The notes under the pieces are model-generated. The model did not search any database and had not been told where the DNA came from. It was given only the letters and a program-made list of their open reading frames with translations. From contig JBIKWF010000086.1 in the NCBI GenBank assembly GCA_044356455.1, positions 1 through 19,244 on the forward strand: a stretch of 19,244 nt of DNA, given 5' to 3'. This document shows, piece after piece, positions 17,042 through 19,244 of the stretch (position 1 is the first letter of the stretch; each line of letters starts with the position of its first letter). This DNA is from Bdellovibrionota bacterium (GTDB lineage Bacteria > Bdellovibrionota_C > UBA2361 > JBGSMV01). The position numbers and the translations under genes were made by a program.

Positions 17042-18463
17042 ATGGCACAGCGACATGGTCTTAAAAAATCGGGGGTTCGGCAGCTCGCTTGTAGGGCGGC
17101 CGGTGGGCTTTGTTTAGGCGTCCTACTCGCGTCGCCATTCGTGGGAGCGCCAAACGCAAGTTTCGCTCAAGCGCGTGAGGGCGAAGAGGACATGAGCCTT
17201 GATTTCGTGAAGCAGCAGCTTGCACGCGTACGCGCGGGAACACCTGCCGCAGGCGAAGGGGCCTCGGGTCAAGCGTTGCAGGATGAGAATGCCCGCCTTC
17301 TTGCAGAGGAGTCTGCGCTGCTCAACCAGATCTCGGGAAAAGATGCCGCGCTGGGGACTGAAGCAGTATCCGCAAAAGCTTCCGTTGACGTTGATAGGGC
17401 GATTGATGCCCTTACTGAACCCAAAGCAAACACGGCAGTAGTAGCGACCAACGATTCTGAAATTGAAGAGGTGCGTGGATCTATACCCGCAGTTGGTCAG
17501 GCTGCAGTTTCCCAAGCCTCGGCACAGAAAGCCGCTGCTGCCAAAATCGTTAAAGCCTCCGACTCACGCGTATCTGCCGCGGACACCGGCGCAAATGCAG
17601 CAAATACCTCTACCCTTCCCGCACGGATCGAAGCGGCGAAGCCTGAGGAAAGCGAGGAAAACCCTGTTGAACTTATTCTCGCTTCCCAAGAATCAGCCCC
17701 CCAACCTGCGCGAGCCCTACAAGCTCCTCGGGCTGAAGAGTCAGCTTCCGACTCAGATTCAAGAACAACAATTTCAAAAACGGCCGTGGCCTCTGCGAAC
17801 TCACTCAAGGCTTCTGACGTTGATGCTCGTCTCGAAAGCCAGCAAGCGAGTTTAGCCAATCTTCAGCGCACGAATGGAGACCTTAGGCGCCAGCTCGAAA
17901 CCTTCCAGCGCAAACTGAGAGAAGCAACGAAAGAACTCGAAGAGTCACGTAATCGCCTTATGATTGCTGAAACTGAAGTAGAGCGCCTTTCTATCAGCCT
18001 CGAGCAGCGCAATAGGAACAACCTTGCACGTGTGGCCCCAGGCGTTGGACAAGTCCAGCCGGTAAGAGCTTACCGGGCGCCTCAGCAGGCAAGTGCTCCT
18101 GCAAGTGCCGCCCAACACCGTTCGGCCGCAGTTCCCCAGCGGTCCTCTGCGGTAAGTGAATCAACTAAAGTTAAAGCGGACATGCTGGTTGCAACCGTGG
18201 TGGCTGATAAGGCCAATCTTCGAAGCGGCGCGGGCAAAAACAACTCTCCCTTAATGACGGTATCAAGAGGCACACGCCTCGCCGTTGAGACAAGAACGGG
18301 AGATTGGTACCGAGTTATTACCCCAACTGGAACTCGTGCCTGGGTGAACGCCGAAGTGCTTTCGTTTGGACCTGACAATCAAGCCTCGCCTACGCGCACG
18401 GTGCGCATGAGTGGGGTCATGGGAGACGAACGTAATGTTACGCTCACGTCTTCAAATCGCTAA
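17042..18463 (+). CDS. Exported coiled-coil protein with a C-terminal SH3b domain
   Basis: Signal peptide ending ASFA, Ala-rich linker, long coiled coil (LESQQASLANLQRTN...EVERLS), and SH3b (ATVVADKANLRSGAG.NNSPLMTVSRGTRL.VE..TGDWYRV.TPTG.RAWV). The ORF is open from 16865 but that part overlaps the upstream gene. Confidence 0.8.
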   Translation: MAQRHGLKKSGVRQLACRAAGGLCLGVLLASPFVGAPNASFAQAREGEEDMSLDFVKQQLARVRAGTPAAGEGASGQALQDENARLLAEESALLNQISGKDAALGTEAVSAKASVDVDRAIDALTEPKANTAVVATNDSEIEEVRGSIPAVGQAAVSQASAQKAAAAKIVKASDSRVSAADTGANAANTSTLPARIEAAKPEESEENPVELILASQESAPQPARALQAPRAEESASDSDSRTTISKTAVASANSLKASDVDARLESQQASLANLQRTNGDLRRQLETFQRKLREATKELEESRNRLMIAETEVERLSISLEQRNRNNLARVAPGVGQVQPVRAYRAPQQASAPASAAQHRSAAVPQRSSAVSESTKVKADMLVATVVADKANLRSGAGKNNSPLMTVSRGTRLAVETRTGDWYRVITPTGTRAWVNAEVLSFGPDNQASPTRTVRMSGVMGDERNVTLTSSNR

Positions 18464-18977
18464 GGGAATTTCGATTCCCTGCATTCTGCTTGCGATTGTT
18501 CTCATGCTCCTTTGCAGCCCTGCGTTCGCTGCTCCCTCGGGTATCTCTCTTCAGTTCATGGCTCGCCAGCCTTTTGTATTTCCTGTCATCGGACCAAGGC
18601 AGTCGAGTGGTTTTGGGATGCGCATTCATCCCATACGTCGCTATAGCAAAATGCATAAAGGAGTAGACCTTGCCGCACCGATCGGCTCGTTTATCCGCGC
18701 AATTCAATCGGGGATTGTAGTCTTTGCAGACCCCTACGCTGGCTACGGAAATTTTGTTGTGATTAAGCACGCCAATGGACTTACCTCGCACTACGCTCAC
18801 TGCGATGAGATCAAGGTGCGCACCGGGCAACGCATCAATGCGGGTGAGATAATTGCAACCATTGGGAACACCGGCCACAGCACCGGTCCACACCTTCATC
18901 TCGAGATTCGCTATAACGGCGAGCCACTCGATCCAGAACGAATATTCCCCGATCTCGCTGCAGAAGCGAAAGGCTAA
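18435..18977 (+). CDS. M23 family metallo-endopeptidase
   Basis: SSGFGMRIHPI, HKGVD (HxxxD), GYGNFVVIKH, YAHC and GNTGHSTGPHLHLEI (HxH). N-terminal signal/TM segment. ATG 18435 follows GGAGA; the ORF is open from 18411. Confidence 0.92.
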   Translation: MLRSRLQIAKGISIPCILLAIVLMLLCSPAFAAPSGISLQFMARQPFVFPVIGPRQSSGFGMRIHPIRRYSKMHKGVDLAAPIGSFIRAIQSGIVVFADPYAGYGNFVVIKHANGLTSHYAHCDEIKVRTGQRINAGEIIATIGNTGHSTGPHLHLEIRYNGEPLDPERIFPDLAAEAKG

Positions 18978-19145
18978 GCGCCTGATATTACTGAGTCTTT
19001 GCCGAGTCTTCTGTCGACCTCCCAGGAGGCTGAAGCAAAACCCTGTGCAAAGCGGATAAGGGGGAAAATGGGGCCTCTCACGTGCTGAGATGCCAGATAG
19101 AAAAGAATTGAACGGCTAAAAATATTTCAATCATTGGAGTCTATT

Positions 19146-19244
19146 GTGAAAAAGAATTTGCTCGCTCTTTCTCAGAACATCGGTGCTTTTGTTGCCGCCC
19201 CTTCTCGTAAGCAAGTGCAGTTCATGCTCTTCGCCATGGGAGTT
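19146..19244 (+). CDS. 5' part of a gene running off the window (leader-like N-terminus; candidate T4SS propilin)
   Basis: GGAG at 19136-19139, then GTG 19146. Open to the end: MKKNLLALSQNIGAFVAAPSRKQVQFMLFAMGV. Follows an AT-rich promoter-like stretch. Confidence 0.45.
   Translation, partial: MKKNLLALSQNIGAFVAAPSRKQVQFMLFAMGV

Noticed and set aside
1712..18899. Numerous short antisense or alternate-frame ORFs in the track
   Set aside because: They are shadows of well-supported long genes and carry no independent motifs.
19131..19244. Minus-strand open frame ending near 19131 (…QILFHNRLQ*)
   Set aside because: The plus-strand frame has an SD, a start codon and a leader-like sequence. The minus frame has no supporting signal, though it cannot be fully excluded.
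1..19244. Calling the locus an ICE or conjugative plasmid
   Set aside because: No integrase, relaxase, replication gene, tRNA or att site is visible in the window. It cannot be excluded beyond the edges.

Overview
Bacterial (probably Gram-negative) chromosomal-looking region dominated by an atypical type IV secretion locus. The + strand carries an F-plasmid-like core in traL-E-K-B-V-(extra lipoprotein)-C order (8086-15412). It is followed by a second small TraV-like lipoprotein, a membrane protein, a bacterial PH-domain protein, a coiled-coil/SH3b protein and an M23 peptidase. A divergent - strand gene pair encodes a large membrane protein and a type IV coupling ATPase whose motifs look more DotL/IcmO/TrbC-like than F-TraD-like. 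The extra lipoprotein resembles DotD/N0-domain lipoproteins. No relaxase, integrase, TraW/U/N/F/H/G or recognisable pilin is in the window, although a hydrophobic ORF starting at the right edge could be a propilin. The best hypothesis is a hybrid F-type/type IVB, possibly domesticated protein-secreting T4SS. The left side has an orphan flagellin, a short-chain dehydrogenase-like gene and a small frameshifted ORF. A 109-bp MITE-like element with a CTAG duplication lies at 16271-16379. All family calls come from motif recognition by eye; no searches were run.
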